DNA of 64,000 nucleotides from Planctomycetota bacterium (GTDB lineage: Bacteria > Planctomycetota > PLA2 > JAEUHO01): assembly GCA_965223505.1 (NCBI GenBank), contig CBDCWP010000010.1, positions 1-64,000 of the forward strand. The letters run 5' to 3'. The notes under the pieces are model-generated. The model worked only from the letters and a program-made list of their open reading frames with translations, had not been told where the DNA came from and made no database searches. The position numbers were made by a program, and so were the translations under genes. Shown here piece after piece: positions 59,466-64,000 of this stretch; within the stretch, counting starts at the first letter, position 1; each line of letters begins with the position of its first letter.

Positions 59466-61856
59466 ATGTGGCGACTCGCCCCCCTGCTGCTCCTCGGCGC
59501 GGCCTGCGGCGGCGGTAGCGACGCCACGCCGCTGCCGACGGCCGAGGTCCTTGCCGTTACCACCCCTCTCCCGGCCGCCGGCGGCGTGGAATTTGCTGTA
59601 ACCGGCACGAGCCTGCCCGGAGGCGTCGGGGAAACCGTCGGCGTGCTGTTTCGCGCTGTCGAAGGAAACCCGTTCCTGGGCTGCACCACAGACACCCTCG
59701 ACGCCGTGGGCACGATCGCCGAGGACGGCAGCGTGCAGGGCACCGCGCCCGTGACCGGACTCGCGGGTCCTGTCGATGCCTACGTCACGCTCGACTACGG
59801 CGCCGGCGTGGAGCTCACCTCCGCGGCACCGATCGCGCGGTTCGAAGGCGGCATGGATCCCGCGATCGACCAGGACCTCGACGGCGTCCACGACCGCTGC
59901 GATCCAAAGACCTACGACTTCGAGGACGATGTGCCGGGCGTGCGGCCATCGGGCATGACCCAGCTCGACGGGCTCGAGCCGGGCTTTGTCGTCGCAACGA
60001 TGGACGGCGAGCAGGTCGCGCGCTACGACGGCGCCGCTTCCACGGGCCTGCACGATCGCTTCGACCGGTTTCGGCAGGACCTCCCGCACCAGGACGTCAC
60101 CGCGTACATCGACTACGACAGCACACCGAGCCTCTGTTCGCTCGAGTTCTGGTCGGAGGGCTCGTACGCGGGGAACGCGGGCGCCGGCCTGATCCTGCAG
60201 GTGCGGAGCGGGCTCCTCTACTTCTTCCCCCGCATCTGGCGCAACGTCCCCCCGGTGGTAGGACCCGCGCTCCCCGCGAGCGGCCGCATTCGCGTGCGAC
60301 TCCGGAAGGAGGAAGGAACCCGCAGCACCATGTACGTGGACGCGTGGGTGTCGGGCGCGTGGACGCTCGATCACGCCGTGTTCCCGATTCCCGACGACCG
60401 CCCCTTCCGGGGGCTCGACACCGCGATGGCGGACTATGGTTTCGGTTCGCGTGGCGTGAAGCGCGTCACGCTCGTGCGCGAACCGCTCGCCGGTGCCCTG
60501 ACCATTGCCCGCGCCGCACACACCGTGGCCGACTGGAAGCTCTTCCAGCGCGATGCCGACGACCGGGCCGCGATTCCCCTGCCGGTGCACTACAACGCCA
60601 GCGAGCCCGTCGTCTTGCAGGCCCGCGTGGTCTCGAGCGAGACACGAAGCGTGCTTCCAGGACACGGGTTCGCCGACCACCGCCTGGATCTTCCGGCAGC
60701 AACCGGTGGTCGGGCGTCCCTCGAGCTTGCGGGTGTGCCGACCGGTGGCAACTACGACATCGAGGTCCTGCTCACGGCGGCGGACGACGGCGCCGTGCTT
60801 GCCTTCGATCGCGTCGAGGAGATTGCGGTCGGCGATCTGTGGCTTGCCATCGGCCAGAGCAACATGGCCGGCTACTCCGGCACGCTCGCCGGCGCCACGA
60901 CGCCCATTTCGCAGGCGCACCTCTACGGCAATGACGGGCGTTGGAAGCAGGCGACCGAGCCCATGGACGACGGTACCGACCAGCTCGACGCCGTCTCGCG
61001 CGAGTCGCCGCAACACAGCCTGATGCTGCCCTTCGCCAAGTACCTCTACGAGCAGACAGGCGTCCCCGTCGGCGTCATCCCGGCGCCGAAGGGCGGCACG
61101 TACCTCTACACCCAGTGGCAGCGCAAGCCCGACGACCCGGATCACCGCGCGACGCTCTACGGCTCCGCCCTACACCGGGCACTCGTCCAAGGCGGTCCAC
61201 CCTTGCGCGGCATCCTCTGGTACCAGGGCGAGGGGGACGCCATCGCAGGCCGCACGACGGCGCAGTACAGGGAGGATCTCGAGCGGCTCATCGCGCAGTA
61301 CCGGGCCGACCTGTCGGCACCCGAGGCGGTGTTCCTCTGCGTGCAGTTGGGGACGTGGTCGGCCGGCCGCTTTCCCCACTGGACGAACATCCAGGAGGCG
61401 CAGCGGCAGGTGTGCCGGGCAGACGCCCTCGCCGCCCTGGCGACGGTGAAGGACCAGCCGCACTCCGACGGCATCCACTACGCGGTCGCGGCCGCCCAGG
61501 AGCTCGGCATGCGCTTGGCGGACCAGGCCCGCGTGCTTGTGTTCGGCCACGCGATCGATCCCCTGACCGAACTCGTCGATGTCGTGGCGAGCCCAGACGG
61601 CATGGCGATCGAGTTGCACTACGACGCGCCCGTCTTCGGAGGCGCGGCGGCGCTCTACGCCGTGGCCGACGATACGGGAACCAACGCCGTGATCGGCGTG
61701 TCGGCCTCGGGCAGCACGGTCACGCTCGAGCTCACCCGCGCGCTCGATGCCGGCGCTCTCGTGCGCTACGGCATGGCGACCGGCTCGAACGTCGCTTGGG
61801 TCGAGGATGCCCAAGGCGTGCCCGTCCCGGCCCTTGCCGACGTCGCCGTCCGGTAG
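59466..61856 (+). CDS. Lipoprotein with sialate O-acetylesterase-like SGNH domain
   Basis: Lipobox LGAA-C; IGQSNM, ILWYQGE, DGIH catalytic motifs. Confidence 0.85.
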   Translation: MWRLAPLLLLGAACGGGSDATPLPTAEVLAVTTPLPAAGGVEFAVTGTSLPGGVGETVGVLFRAVEGNPFLGCTTDTLDAVGTIAEDGSVQGTAPVTGLAGPVDAYVTLDYGAGVELTSAAPIARFEGGMDPAIDQDLDGVHDRCDPKTYDFEDDVPGVRPSGMTQLDGLEPGFVVATMDGEQVARYDGAASTGLHDRFDRFRQDLPHQDVTAYIDYDSTPSLCSLEFWSEGSYAGNAGAGLILQVRSGLLYFFPRIWRNVPPVVGPALPASGRIRVRLRKEEGTRSTMYVDAWVSGAWTLDHAVFPIPDDRPFRGLDTAMADYGFGSRGVKRVTLVREPLAGALTIARAAHTVADWKLFQRDADDRAAIPLPVHYNASEPVVLQARVVSSETRSVLPGHGFADHRLDLPAATGGRASLELAGVPTGGNYDIEVLLTAADDGAVLAFDRVEEIAVGDLWLAIGQSNMAGYSGTLAGATTPISQAHLYGNDGRWKQATEPMDDGTDQLDAVSRESPQHSLMLPFAKYLYEQTGVPVGVIPAPKGGTYLYTQWQRKPDDPDHRATLYGSALHRALVQGGPPLRGILWYQGEGDAIAGRTTAQYREDLERLIAQYRADLSAPEAVFLCVQLGTWSAGRFPHWTNIQEAQRQVCRADALAALATVKDQPHSDGIHYAVAAAQELGMRLADQARVLVFGHAIDPLTELVDVVASPDGMAIELHYDAPVFGGAAALYAVADDTGTNAVIGVSASGSTVTLELTRALDAGALVRYGMATGSNVAWVEDAQGVPVPALADVAVR

Positions 61857-61910
61857 GCACGGCAAGGCAAGGCCGGTCCGGCTGCGAAGTGGCGCTGGCG
61901 CGGAGACGGG

Positions 61911-63865
<1,955 letters not shown>

Positions 63866-63891
63866 GGGATCATACGCTGGCGAGCCACCCT

Positions 63892-64000
63892 GTGGGGGCA
63901 GCCCTTGTGGCTGCCCAACGAGGGAACATGACCAATTGGGCGACCACGAGGGTCGCCCCTACCACGGACGCGCGCGATTGGGCGACCACGAGGGTCGCCC
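63892..64000. repeat. REP cluster
   Basis: GCAGCC-type at 63892-63916; inverted GCGACC-type at 63938-63962 and 63980-64000. Confidence 0.9.

Noticed and set aside
58410..59601. C-terminal part of the 925-aa ORF 56824-59601 as real protein
   Set aside because: Out-of-frame read-through after the +1 indel; the paralogue-matching sequence continues in frame 58241-59218

Overview
High-GC bacterial chromosomal window. The lineage is probably Planctomycetota-like; this is inferred from gene architecture (TM-fused ECF sigma factor, TsaC-phosphatase fusion, many Hanks kinases and FGE domains) and is not proven. (1) 1-5585 is the right end of an integrative element at tRNA-Val(GAC): excisionase, frameshifted DUF3631-type replication gene, frameshifted tyrosine integrase, and a cargo pair of a GrpE-like protein and an NBD-only Hsp70/actin-fold ATPase whose ORF runs antisense into the tRNA. 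(2) ~5.8-39 kb is mostly core genes: ald, MATE, WYL regulator, miaA, TM-fused nadD, serS, gspDEFGHIJ, rpsU, spermidine-synthase-like fusion, pntA/pntB, rpiB, tsaC-LMW phosphatase, a two-component system and dnaK. GTAG-type REPs are scattered through it and their RAYT transposase is present. (3) 39-51.7 kb holds a Ser/Thr kinase, three non-catalytic FGE-domain proteins (one fused to an ECF sigma factor), an S1 protease, katG and ASCH. (4) 51.7-62 kb is an accretion region downstream of thiC with two displaced thiC 3'-end relics and two paralogous kinase-PEGA-FGE(C-type lectin) genes. Top finding: the 3' ends of both kinase genes differ from an adjacent 50-bp non-coding repeat only at its adenines (8 of 8 mismatches), the signature of a diversity-generating retroelement (DGR). 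The template is truncated and no reverse transcriptase is present in the window. The window ends with thiC and its TPP riboswitch.
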